32,000 nt of DNA from Candidatus Saccharimonadota bacterium (GTDB lineage: Bacteria; Patescibacteriota; Gracilibacteria; BD1-5; UBA6164), in assembly GCA_965227835.1 (NCBI GenBank), contig OZ245768.1:1350001-1382000 (forward strand), read 5' to 3'. Positions 21,011-31,268 of the stretch are shown here, piece after piece. Below the pieces are notes generated by a model. The model did no database searches, was not told the origin of the DNA, and worked only from the letters and a program-made list of their open reading frames with translations. Both the position numbers and the translations under genes were made by a program. The stretch's first letter is position 1. Every line of letters begins with the position of its first letter.

Positions 21011-23266
21011 ATGTTTAAACGAATTATTCTTACTTTGTTTATCATTTTACCATTATCATTTGGTATATCTTCTTGTTCTGTTGAAGAAGATGAGGAAGAC
21101 TTAATTAGTCTCAATGATGATAATGGAGACGACGGTTCTGGAGACGATGGCTCTGGGGACGACGGTTCTGGAGACGATGGCTCTGGGGACGACGGTTCTG
21201 GAGACGATGGCTCTGGAGACGATGGCTCTGGGGACGACGGTTCTGGAGACGATGGCTCTGGGGACGACGGTTCTGGAGACGATGGCTCTGGGGACGACGG
21301 TTCTGGAGACGACGGTTCTGGAGACGACACTAGTGATTCTCCAAAAACCGTTCCTACCATTGAAGTTACCGTTCATGAAAACTACATCAGTGATACAATA
21401 GTTAGTCCTAGCTATAGTCTTACACCAAGTCAGTATAATATTGTTAATCCTATTTTTAGTCCTTCTAATGAAAATTCTTCTGATGAAAGTGACTCTGATT
21501 GGGATAATCTATCTACTAACTATAACTTAGCTGTAGATGGATATAATGACCTAGGAGAAGCAATATATGGTGAAGCTGACTATACTGAGGAGTTACCCTT
21601 AGACTGGGATTCAGATAAAACATATGACTTACCTGGAAATAAGGTTTTGTACTCCGACGATGAAGGCAGAATAGGTACATTTGCTAATAAATGGTGGGCA
21701 TCAGGTTACGATGAGCCTTCTTTTTCTCCAAACTATGGTCCATGGGAGATCATAGCTAGAATTGATGAAGAAGGTAACACTCTATCTGTAAAAGATGTAG
21801 TTGAATACTGGGATGTTGAAATTCCTTACTCTGGTGGAGATATCGCTTGGCATAATATTGTAGGTTTAGATTATTGTTTTGAGGCTAAATACTGGACTCA
21901 AGGTAATGAACCTATTCTTACAGGAGGTGAAGGTCAACCTAATTCTTGGGAGAGCCCATGGCAATCAAGTGACCTTTGCAATAGTGATGAACCAGCTATC
22001 AGTAATGATGATACTGGGGGAGGTAAATCAGAAATAGAAACTCTTCCACCTATGGAAGATCCTGATGATGGTTTACCTGACAATACTCCAGTTGTTCCAC
22101 CTGTTACACCTGTTCCAGATGAAGAACCAGAGGAAGAACCAGTAGAACCTGAACCCGTAGAAGTAGCTGAAGAAACTGGATTACCAGAAGATGGTTATGA
22201 GTTTCTAAGGACAGTTACTTCGGCTCATTGGGATTATCTTTTTCCTTTGCGTTCTGGAAGGTATAATGAAGAAGGCTCAACTAGGAATCAGCCCCCAATA
22301 GCCCTAGAAGATGGTTCAACCGATGTCTTTTCCCTTGATAACTTTAAAAAAGCTGTTTTGGAGTACAATGCTTATGCTTTAGCTAATGGCTTTAAGCAGT
22401 TCCTAAATGAAGGAACTCTAAAACAACAAGGGCAAGAGTTTTTGGTTTTTTGGGCTAAATCTGCTAGAGAAACTTCAGGTTCTTGGACTGATGCTCCATA
22501 CCCATGGATTACCACCTATACAAATAATCTTTCAGAAACTACAAGTCTCTGGACAGGTGCTTTGTACTGGGTTGAAGAAGTGGGTTTTACCACAAATGAA
22601 GATGGAACTAGTGATGCTATAGGTTATGTCGATCATGGATCATCTTATACTCCAGTAGAGGGTCGTTCTTATTATGGTCGAGGAATAATTCAGCTTTCCT
22701 GGAACTATAACTATGGAGCATTTTCTGCTTGGTTGTATGATAATGGTCTTATGACAGATATAATAACTTCAAGGGATACTCTTCTTTATAGACCTGACTA
22801 TGTTGCCACCAATGGTGCTTTATCGATACTGTCAGGAATATGGTTTTGGATGACTCCTCAAGGAGCAAAACCATCTTCTCATGATGTTCTTTATGGTGAT
22901 GTTTATAATGTTTCCCAAACTACTCAGGAACAGGGTCTACCTCAAAGAAATGATGGAGACTCTATACCTGTGGAAGAAGGAGATACTGTAGACGAATCTG
23001 TGATGGCATATCGTATTGGTACTGTCATAAACATAGTCAATGGTGGACTTGAATGTAACAAAGCTGCAAGTTGGCATGGAGGACCACCGCAGCGAATCTC
23101 TTACTACAATGCTTATACCATGTATTTCAATGATCAAATAAATGGTTTAAATGCAACTAGAGTGAGTGAAGCGACAGATATCTGGAACGAAAAAGTTTCG
23201 GATTCTAGTCACGACAACATAAAAATGGCAACTTGCTGGAGCCAAAAATCTTATTATGGTTGGTAA
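21011..23266 (+). CDS. Lipoprotein glycoside hydrolase family 19 (chitinase/lysozyme-like) with an acidic GDDGS repeat linker and putative CBM5/12-like modules
   Basis: Standard-code ORF of 751 aa with no in-frame TGA and a TAA stop. AAGGAGG sits 7 nt upstream. Lipobox-like LSFGISS|C. The GH19 catalytic core shows SARETSGSW, YYGRGIIQLSWNYNYGAFS and SGIWFWMTPQ. Aromatic-rich segments (NKWWASGYDEP...GPWE; AKYWTQGNEP...SPWQ) are chitin-binding-like, and a Pro/Glu linker lies at ~22060-22180. Confidence 0.88.
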   Translation: MFKRIILTLFIILPLSFGISSCSVEEDEEDLISLNDDNGDDGSGDDGSGDDGSGDDGSGDDGSGDDGSGDDGSGDDGSGDDGSGDDGSGDDGSGDDGSGDDGSGDDTSDSPKTVPTIEVTVHENYISDTIVSPSYSLTPSQYNIVNPIFSPSNENSSDESDSDWDNLSTNYNLAVDGYNDLGEAIYGEADYTEELPLDWDSDKTYDLPGNKVLYSDDEGRIGTFANKWWASGYDEPSFSPNYGPWEIIARIDEEGNTLSVKDVVEYWDVEIPYSGGDIAWHNIVGLDYCFEAKYWTQGNEPILTGGEGQPNSWESPWQSSDLCNSDEPAISNDDTGGGKSEIETLPPMEDPDDGLPDNTPVVPPVTPVPDEEPEEEPVEPEPVEVAEETGLPEDGYEFLRTVTSAHWDYLFPLRSGRYNEEGSTRNQPPIALEDGSTDVFSLDNFKKAVLEYNAYALANGFKQFLNEGTLKQQGQEFLVFWAKSARETSGSWTDAPYPWITTYTNNLSETTSLWTGALYWVEEVGFTTNEDGTSDAIGYVDHGSSYTPVEGRSYYGRGIIQLSWNYNYGAFSAWLYDNGLMTDIITSRDTLLYRPDYVATNGALSILSGIWFWMTPQGAKPSSHDVLYGDVYNVSQTTQEQGLPQRNDGDSIPVEEGDTVDESVMAYRIGTVINIVNGGLECNKAASWHGGPPQRISYYNAYTMYFNDQINGLNATRVSEATDIWNEKVSDSSHDNIKMATCWSQKSYYGW
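21125..21334 (+). repeat. Tandem 15-bp coding repeat: 13 GDDGS units plus one degenerate GDDTS unit, with a 30-bp higher-order unit
   Basis: The units GGAGACGATGGCTCT and GGGGACGACGGTTCT alternate. Phase was verified against the CDS frame. Confidence 0.95.
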
Positions 23267-23294
23267 GTGAAAATTTTTGTGTAATTTATAAACC

Positions 23295-23329
23295 AAAGAG
23301 GCTATCTATCACTAGATAGCCTCTTTTTT
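23295..23329 (+). terminator. Strong rho-independent terminator after the GH19 gene
   Basis: 14-bp perfect stem AAAGAGGCTATCTA / TAGATAGCCTCTTT with a 4-nt loop and a T-run. Confidence 0.85.
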
Positions 23330-23381
23330 AATTTTGATTTATTTAGGAAATTATAGTTAATATATGGAATATTTGTCTTCA

Positions 23382-24797
23382 TTAATCATAAATTAAATTT
23401 AATTTTTTATTTAAGCTTTTGGCAGAATGTTTTATAGCAGCATTTCAATTAATTAAACTTCTATAAAGAGATAATACCTGAGCCGTAATAGTACTTGGAT
23501 ATAAAATACTCTCTCAATTTTTATTTACATCATTAGCGAAAAAAGGTTGAATATCGTTTTCTTGAAATAAATCCTTATCAGATTTTAAAATGGATTCATA
23601 TTCTGATAAATTCTTTACAACAGGGAATCATGGGATTTTTGACCATCATTTATCTACATAGTTACTAAACCTATTTCATAATAAAACTTCTGATTCTATA
23701 TTTTTTCACTCTTGTTTAGAAAAATAATCAAATACTATTTTTGAATATATGGTAGTTTTTCCTGATCATTGAGTATCAAAGAATGTGACTTTTGGCATAT
23801 TACTTTTAAAAACTCAAGTCCTTTTCATCTGCATATAATATTCTTTTGATTGCTTATAAAATTTTCTATGTTTTCATCATTTTTTTCAAGCTTCTAAAAT
23901 TTTAAAACTCTCTTTTTGTACTGATGAGATAAATAATTCAAATATCTTTTCATCGCTTTTTGATGAATATTCAGGAGATAATTTTTTATTTAAGCTATCA
24001 GGGGCCCTCATCCCTTCATGCCAATAATCAAATATTCTTAATTTTATATCTTCGTCATCTACTAAAAACTTATTTGTTACTCATTCTAATATATCTGCAA
24101 AAATTTTATTTTTAAGAGTTTCTTTTTTATACATAACTCTCAATCCTCAATGATAAATTAGTCAGCATCTTTTAGGTTGATTTGTAACCTGAGATATATA
24201 TGTATCTGCCTCAAATATTGGTCATGAATCTCTTGCGATGTAGAAAACAAAATTCTTTTTTTTATGTAGCTGATTTATAAATTGATAATAAGAATAAGCC
24301 AACTGGTTTAATCTTTTAGGATCTATTACAAGCAAATATGGAGGAGGTATACTATTGCTATTTATGATATTCTTGATATCTCATTTTACTTTTCAAGTAA
24401 TTTGTAGAGTTGGATGTTTAACTAATATGTCAATGAGTTTTTCTAGCTTTTCATGTTCTTGAGGTTGAGGTAGATATTTATCTTTAGGATCTGCGACAGG
24501 ATGATTATATAAATGGAAATTAATACTTTTTGCATACTCAATAAAGATCTTTAAAACTTCTCTGATTTCTTCTATATCAAATTCTCTAATTGTATTATCG
24601 CTATTTCTCGGGAATAAATTTAAAGGAATTCATATAAATAATTCTTCTAGATTTTTTATATCTATTGATTCAAGTAAAGAGAATTTACGAGAAAAAAACT
24701 CTTTTAAAGTGTATTTATATTTTTCAGAGAAAATTATGCTTTCATCATAAATTTTATTACATGTATCCATTTTTATACTATTAATTTTATCCCCCAT
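23382..24797 (-). CDS. Hypothetical 471-aa protein of unknown function; table 25
   Basis: The reverse strand was translated codon by codon. It is open from ATG (24797; alternative ATG 24770) to TAA (23384-23382), with about 20 in-frame TGA (TCA on the plus strand). Notable strings are FVFYIARDSGPIFEAD and VTFFDTQGSGKTTIYS. No family assigned with confidence. Confidence 0.6.
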
Positions 24798-25085
24798 ATC
24801 ATGGAGAAAACTAACTTAGGCAGCCACACATTTTTTACAATTAAACCATTTTTTAATATTTTAACATATTTTTTAATATTTTTAAAGAATTTTGTATTAA
24901 TTATGAGATGAAAAATTCACATCTAATAAAAAATAATCTTTTTTGTTAATTATAACTTAAAAATTACTTATCTTTTATTATAATAAATAAACTTCCCCTA
25001 TCATTAAAAAATACATTTTTTTAAAAATTTGATTTTTTTTGATTATTTATTAAGATTTGCCTCCGTTTAATACTGAACTGCATTT

Positions 25086-25313
25086 ATGATAAAAAAGACT
25101 TTATTGAAATACAGTCTATTTTTGTTTTTAAATTTATTGTTTTTTTTATTACTTTTTTATATATTTGAAACAATTTTTAAAACAGGTAGTAAAGCTATAT
25201 TTTTCTTTTTAGTAATTAGTATATTTCCCCTTATTTTCTTTACCTATATATTAATTACGAAAAATTTAAAAGAACTAAATAAGCTATGAAAGAATCCTTT
25301 AAATGAGAAATAA
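25086..25313 (+). CDS. Small two-TM membrane protein in the atpI/atpZ position; table 25
   Basis: The track ORF 25086..25289 reads through one TGA to TAA 25311-25313. It is hydrophobic and lies immediately upstream of atpB. Confidence 0.45.
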
Positions 25314-25319
25314 TAAATA

Positions 25320-26126
25320 ATGGCAACAGATTATACTAACCAAGAAAATATTATACATTCCTGACCTCATATTCCTACTATACAAGGAGAACAGATAGCC
25401 TATGGTATCTCAAATACAGTAGTAACTACATTTTTGTTTGCTATTATGGTTTTAATAATAGTTTTTTTTGCGAATAAAGTTCTTAACTCATCTAAAAAAT
25501 CTAAACTTAAAACTGGTATTTTAAGTTTTTTCAAATTTTTTGACTGATATTTGAGAGGTGTTTTTTGAGACAAAAAAATAGCAAGAATGTATTTTCCTTT
25601 GGTAGTTTGAATTTTTATAATAGTTTTTTTTGGTAATTTATTTGGTTTAGCTATAGACTGGTTTTGAACTTCTGTTTCTGAATCTATACTACACTATATA
25701 AGACCAATGCACAGTGATTTAAATACTACACTTGTCTTGGCACTTATAACTGTTGTATCTTTTTTGACCGTTTGAATAAAAACACACTGAACTAAAGGAG
25801 TTTTAAAATGATATTTTTTTAATTTTTCTTGAGAAAATATATGAGCTAAACTGGTAAATGTTTTTGTGTGATGGTTACATCTTATAGGTGTTCCTGCTAC
25901 TTTGGCATCATTATCTCTTAGGCTTTTTTGAAATATATTTGCTTGAATAGTTTTGATATCTGTTATTACATATTTATGAGCTTGGATGACTAGCTGATTT
26001 TTTGAAGTATGAAGATTTCTATCTATACCTTTTTGGTTTTTTGAATTCTTTGTCGCATTTGTGCAATCTGTTGTTTTTGCGGCACTAATTATTTCTTATA
26101 TAAACCAAGCTAAAGAAACTCACTAA
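25320..26126 (+). CDS. atpB: F0 ATP synthase subunit a; table 25
   Basis: Walked with no TAA/TAG. It carries the conserved LSLRLFGNIFAG motif with both Gly as TGA (25929-25931 and 25944-25946), and the C-terminal FVQSVVFAALIISY. Confidence 0.9.
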
Positions 26127-26197
26127 AATATAGATAGGTGGTTTTAAATTTAGTTTAAGATCAAAATTTATATTTTATTATTTTAATAACAAAAAAT

Positions 26198-26422
26198 ATG
26201 GAATTAAAAGAGTTAGCTATGGCTCTGGCTATAGGTTTGGGAGCAATATGACCTGGTATAGGTATATGATTAATAGGTAAATGAGCTTTAGAAGCTCTTG
26301 GTAGAAATCCAGAAGCCTCTGGAAAAATAAATGCTCTTACTATACTTACTATAGCTTTTGCTGAAGCTGTAGCTATATATGCACTAGTTATAGCATTTAT
26401 TATAGGTTTTGTTGATTTATAA
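26198..26422 (+). CDS. atpE: F0 ATP synthase subunit c; table 25
   Basis: [30 protein letters not shown]...FAEAVAIYALVIAFI is the classic c-subunit hairpin, with the Gly-rich helix partly TGA-encoded. Confidence 0.9.
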
Positions 26423-26459
26423 TAAAAACTTATTACTTACAATTTTTTAACTTACAATC

Positions 26460-26936
26460 ATGGATTTGAAGTTTGTAACCATTGAAACATTTATTATACA
26501 GTTAATTTTGCTTGTTATAATACTTTGGGTTTTAAATAAATTTTTGTTTAAACCTTATTTATCTTATCTTGATAAATGGGAAGAAAGACAAGAAAAATTA
26601 GAAAAAGACTATAAAAATATAGATAAGCTTGTAAAAGATGCTGAAAAAGAAAAAGAAGAAATATTAAAAGATGCTAGAAATAAATCAAACACAATAATCT
26701 CTGAAGCTGAAAATTTAGCTAAATCTAAAAAAGAATCTATTTTATTAAATGCTGAAAACGAGTCTAAGTCTATTATAGAATCAGCTAAAAAGGAAATAGA
26801 GAAAGAAAAATTATCTATGTTGAGCCAAGTTAAAACTTCTCTAACAGACTTAATTTTGAAATTTAACAGAAAACTTTTTGATAAACAAGAACTAAATAGA
26901 GATTTTATAGAACAGCAAATATCTCATATAAAATAA
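26460..26936 (+). CDS. atpF: F0 ATP synthase subunit b
   Basis: Track ORF with an N-terminal TM, a long charged helix and the expected operon position. This gene happens to contain no TGA. Confidence 0.8.
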   Translation: MDLKFVTIETFIIQLILLVIILWVLNKFLFKPYLSYLDKWEERQEKLEKDYKNIDKLVKDAEKEKEEILKDARNKSNTIISEAENLAKSKKESILLNAENESKSIIESAKKEIEKEKLSMLSQVKTSLTDLILKFNRKLFDKQELNRDFIEQQISHIK

Positions 26937-26941
26937 AATTT

Positions 26942-27301
26942 ATGGAAACTAAACTAGAAGGCAGCTTATCTAAACTAAATATCTGACAATTAAAAGAGAT
27001 ACTTAAATCTCTAAGATTATACAAAGATTTATTAGCAAAGTTATGAAATAGAGGTAGAGATTTATTTTTTAGTAAAATCTTTGAAAAAAATATTTATAAA
27101 GTTGAATATTTTGAATCTGTATGAGAAAAAGAAGCTTTAATTGAGGCTTTGAAAGCTTATAATAAAATATTTTGAATATCTCCTTCAAAAGAGGATATTA
27201 TCCTAAAACCAAAAAATTCTTTAGAAGGTTGAATAAGGATACACAAAGATGATTGTATGGCTGATTTGAGTTTTAAAAAATTAGAGAAATTTATTAGATA
27301 G
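26942..27301 (+). CDS. atpH: F1 ATP synthase subunit delta (OSCP), unusually short (119 aa); table 25
   Basis: It sits between atpF and atpA. The C-terminal ...LEGGIRIHKDDCMADLSFKKLEKF resembles the delta C-terminus (GG..i..gd...D.S....L). It is about 60 aa shorter than typical delta subunits. Confidence 0.55.
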
Positions 27302-27606
27302 TAAGCACCTAAAAAGCTGAAAATATCTTTATAAAGTTAAGGGGAAATTAAAGAAACACTTGAAAAAATTTGTTTAAAAGAAAAATAATCCTATTTCAAC
27401 AAATGGCTTTAGCCATTTGCCAAAGCCCATTTTAAACTAGTTTGGAATTAATAGAAATAGTCTTGTTTGAGTAAATAAAATATGATTATAGTCTTTAATG
27501 AAATCCCGAAAAATCAACATCTATGAAGAAATAATCTTTATTTTTATCCAATGAAGTAATTTACTCAGAAATTCCTTAATAATTAATTTAATAACAACAT
27601 TTTCTT

Positions 27607-29112
27607 ATGCCCCATGATATACTAAATTCTATTATAAATGATATAGAACAAAAAATTGACTCTGTAGACCTAAATCCAGAAATAGAGAACTCTTGAGAAG
27701 TATTTTATCTTTGAGATGGTATAGCTAAAGTAACTGGACTTAGAAAAGTTGCCTACAACGAGGTTGTAGAATTTGAATCTTGAGCTAAAGGAATAGCACT
27801 TAATTTAGATGAACATTTTGTATGAGTGGTTGTTTTAGAATGATTTGATACTATAAAAGAATGAGATAGTGTTAAATCAAGCTCTAAGACACTTAGTGTA
27901 CCTGTTTGAAAAGAACTTTTAGGTAGAGTTGTAAATGCTCTTTGAGAATCTATTGACTGACTTGGTGAAATAAAAAGTAAAGAATTTTATCCAGTTGAAA
28001 GAGTTGCTGAATGAGTTATGGCAAGAAAATCTGTGCATGAACCTCTTGAAACTTGAATAAAAGCTATTGATGCTCTTGTTCCCGTGTGAAGATGACAAAG
28101 AGAGTTGATAATATGAGATAGGCAAACAGGTAAAACTCAAGTCGCTATAGATGCTATATTGAATCAAAAATGACAAGGGGTTATGTGTATCTATGTAGCT
28201 ATTGGTCAGAAAGAGTGAAAAATTGCTAGAGTAGTTGAAGAACTTAAAAAATCTTGAGCTATGGATTATACAATAGTTGTTTCAGCCTCTGCAAGCGAAC
28301 CTGCATCTATGCAATATTTATCTGCTTATTCTGGGTGTGCTATGGCTGAATATTTTATGTACAATGGAGGACATAGTTTAATCATATATGATGATTTATC
28401 AAAACAAGCAAATGCTTATAGAGAAATGTCTTTACTTTTGAGAAGACCCCCATGAAGAGAGGCTTATCCTTGAGATGTGTTTTATCTTCATTCTAGGCTT
28501 CTTGAAAGATCAGCTAAACTGAAAGATGAAATGGGAGCGTGATCTATGACTGCTCTACCTATTATAGAAACTCAAGCTTGAGATGTATCTGCCTATATTC
28601 CTACAAATGTTATATCTATTACTGATTGACAGATATTTTTAGATTCAAACTTGTTTAACTCTGGTCAAAGACCGGCCATAGATGTTTGATTATCTGTTTC
28701 AAGGGTTTGATGATCAGCTCAAATTAAAGCCATGAAAAAAGTCTCTTGAACCTTGAAACTAGATTTAGCCCAGTTTAGAGAGCTTGCAGCTTTTTCCCAG
28801 TTTGCATCAGATCTAGACGAATCTACAAAATCTCAACTTGATAGATGAGAAAGGATGATGGCTTTGCTAAAACAATCAATATATTCACCAATTACCGTAG
28901 CAAAACAAGTTTGTAGTATTTATGCATGAAGTAAAGGTTTTCTTGATAGGTTAGAAGTGTCTAGTGTAGCTAAATTTGAGCAAGATTTGAACTCCAAACT
29001 AGATGAAGAAAAAACTATAATAGAAGCTATAGAAAAAAATAAAGTACTTGATGAAGAAAACGAGAAAAAGCTAGTAAAAATAATTGAAAAAATTGTTGAA
29101 CTTAATAAATAA
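27607..29112 (+). CDS. atpA: F1 ATP synthase subunit alpha; table 25
   Basis: [16 protein letters not shown], Walker A GDRQTGKT (first Gly is TGA 28114-28116), [33 protein letters not shown]. Track ORF 28261..28455 is an in-frame fragment. Confidence 0.95.
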
Positions 29113-29124
29113 TGATTTAAAAAA

Positions 29125-30162
29125 ATGAAAAAAAAAGTATTAATGATTTTTTGCGGGGGAACAATTGCTATGACACCGGACTCTAAAACTGGTGCTTTGA
29201 AACCTGCTAAAACTTCTAATGAACTATTGGAGCTTATTCCTGCAGTGAAAGACCTTGTTGATTTAGATGTTATTGAATTATTTAATACAGATTCAACAGA
29301 AATTAATTACACTCACTGGGTTAAATTAATTAACACAATTCATCAAAAATATAAGCAATATGAATCTTTCGTCATAACACATGGTACTGATACAATGGTT
29401 GATACTGGATGTGCTTTATCCCTTGCTTTTGGTAAAAATTTAACTAAATCAATTGTTATTACATGAAGTCAGAGTCACAGTGAGGCTATTTGAACTGATG
29501 CAAAATTTAATTTAGAAAATGTTTTTAGGGTTGCTATTTGTGATGTTCCTGAAGTTATGATAAGTTTTGGACACTATGTTTTAAGAGCAATTAGAGCACA
29601 AAAAAGACATGAAAGTGATTATAATGCTTTTCATTCTCCGAATTTTTTATATTTAGCAAATATAAGAGCTGAAATACAATGGACACCTGTTGCAAGAAAT
29701 AGTGTTGTACATATAAGTAAACTTAATATTAAAAATGACTTTGAGAATGAAATCTTAACTATCAAAGTAAATGCTGGGCTTAACGAAAAATTAGTTGAAA
29801 ATATCATTGGTCAGGGGTCAATTAAAGGAATAGTTTTTGAAAGTCTCGGTTCTGGAAACGTACCAAGTAAATATTTAAAATCAATTAGGCAAGCAACGAA
29901 AAAGAACATACCTTGTCTAATAGCATCACCATTTACCGGAGGTTCAACACATGCTAAGATTTATGAACTTTGATATGAGGCACTAAAGGCTTGAGCAATT
30001 GAGACATATGATATGACAGCAACAGCAATTTATATAAAGCTTATGTGGTGTTTAGCTCAAATAAATAAAAAAATAAAGGCTGGTGTTTTAAGTAGTGATG
30101 ATTTGATTCCAGTAATAAGAGAAATGTTTAATACAAATTATGTTGGAGAAGTTAGTATTTAA
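29125..30162 (+). CDS. Type I L-asparaginase (AnsA-like); table 25
   Basis: CGGTIAM, ITHGTDTM and VITGSQS motifs. Track ORFs 29125..29466 and 29557..29973 join in one frame through TGA codons. There are only 4 in-frame TGA. Confidence 0.85.
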
Positions 30163-30173
30163 CTTATATTTAA

Positions 30174-31082
30174 ATGCCAAATTCAAAAGAAATAAAAAGA
30201 AAAATATGAAGTATTAAAAATACTTGAAAGATCACAAAAGCTATGGAGCTTATTTCCACTGTAAAGATGAAAAAAGCTCAAGATTTAGCTGTATCTAAAA
30301 GAGAATTTGTTTTAGAAATTTTAAAGATATTTATTAGGATAGAACCATTTTTGTGAGATATACCTTTCTTTAAAAAAACACAAAATAAAAAAACTCTAGC
30401 TGTGATTATTACTTCAAATAAATGACTTTGTGGATGATATAATATAAACGTTTTTAAAGAGGTGAGTAAGTATTCTAAAAATAGCAATGAAATTATAGAA
30501 TATATAACTCTAGGAAAGAAAGCCTCAAATTTCGTACTTAGGACTTGAAATAAACTTTTAGCTGATTTTTCAGAAACTTTTACAGACAATTTAGAAACTA
30601 TTTTTTCTAGAAATATTTCTAGAATGATAAATGATGAGTTTGTGTCTTGAAAATACCAAAAAGTTGTTGTTTTTTATAACCATTTTATAAATACCATAAA
30701 CCAAAAACCTATAAAAAGAGAATTTTTACCTATTGAATCAGGAGAAATAAAAAAATATCTTTTTTCAGTTTTAGATTGACACTATGATTTGGAAAAAGAG
30801 CTTAGTAATATTAAAAGTTTATCTCCAGAAATAGAGCCTTGAATAGAAGATTTGGCTAGCCATATTATTCCTATGATACTTGATATGATGTTTTTTGATG
30901 TACTTTTAGATGCAAAAGCAAGTGAACATAGCTCTAGGATGATTGCAATGAAAAATGCCAAGGATAATGCCAGTAAAATAGCTTCAGATTTGACTTTGGT
31001 ATACAACAAAGCAAGACAAGCTTCTATTACCAGAGAAGTCTCTGAAATTACGGCTGGTGTAGAATCTATGAAAGATAGTTAG
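30174..31082 (+). CDS. atpG: F1 ATP synthase subunit gamma; table 25
   Basis: [42 protein letters not shown], and C-terminal [18 protein letters not shown]...[15 protein letters not shown]. Track ORF 30852..31082 is an in-frame fragment. Confidence 0.93.
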
Positions 31083-31268
31083 ACTAAATTTGAGTGTAGC
31101 TTATTTTGGTTATTTTGATATGTTGTTAAGGAAAAACCGAAAAATTATTATTTTATCAAAATTAAAGAATTTTTCAGCCTCTCTTTAAATTATATGAGAG
31201 TTACTATTTACAATATATAAAAATGTCTTAGTATAAGAGTGTAAATTTATAATTTAATCTTTTTAACT

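Noticed and set aside
21125-21334. A CRISPR-like array, suggested by the regular short repeats
   Set aside because: The units are contiguous 15-bp repeats with no spacers, in frame within a CDS, and encode GDDGS. This is not a repeat-spacer architecture.
21004-21401. Track ORFs 21004..21360(-) (SSPEP repeats), 21101..21376(-) and 21114..21401(+)
   Set aside because: They are alternative-frame or antisense readings of the GDDGS tandem repeat inside the GH19 gene. Repeats keep every frame open, and nothing independent supports coding.
20609-23381. A classical mobile element (IS, integron or prophage) carrying the GH19 gene
   Set aside because: No integrase, transposase or recombinase ORF is present in any frame under either code, and I could not find flanking direct or inverted repeats by eye.
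23745-23775. A P-loop NTPase call for the minus-strand orphan, based on GSGKTT
   Set aside because: The string is DTQGSGKTT, and the canonical [AG]xxxxGK[ST] first position is Asp. No Walker B or other NTPase motifs were recognised, so it is kept only as a note.
27302-27606. A hidden small gene or tRNA in the atpH-atpA spacer
   Set aside because: There is no ORF longer than a few codons on either strand under table 25, and no tRNA-like T-arm or acceptor features (no GTTCRA-type box).
27919-31009. Minus-strand track ORFs 27919..28176, 30278..30589 and 30782..31009
   Set aside because: They are antisense to atpA and atpG, whose identities are unambiguous.
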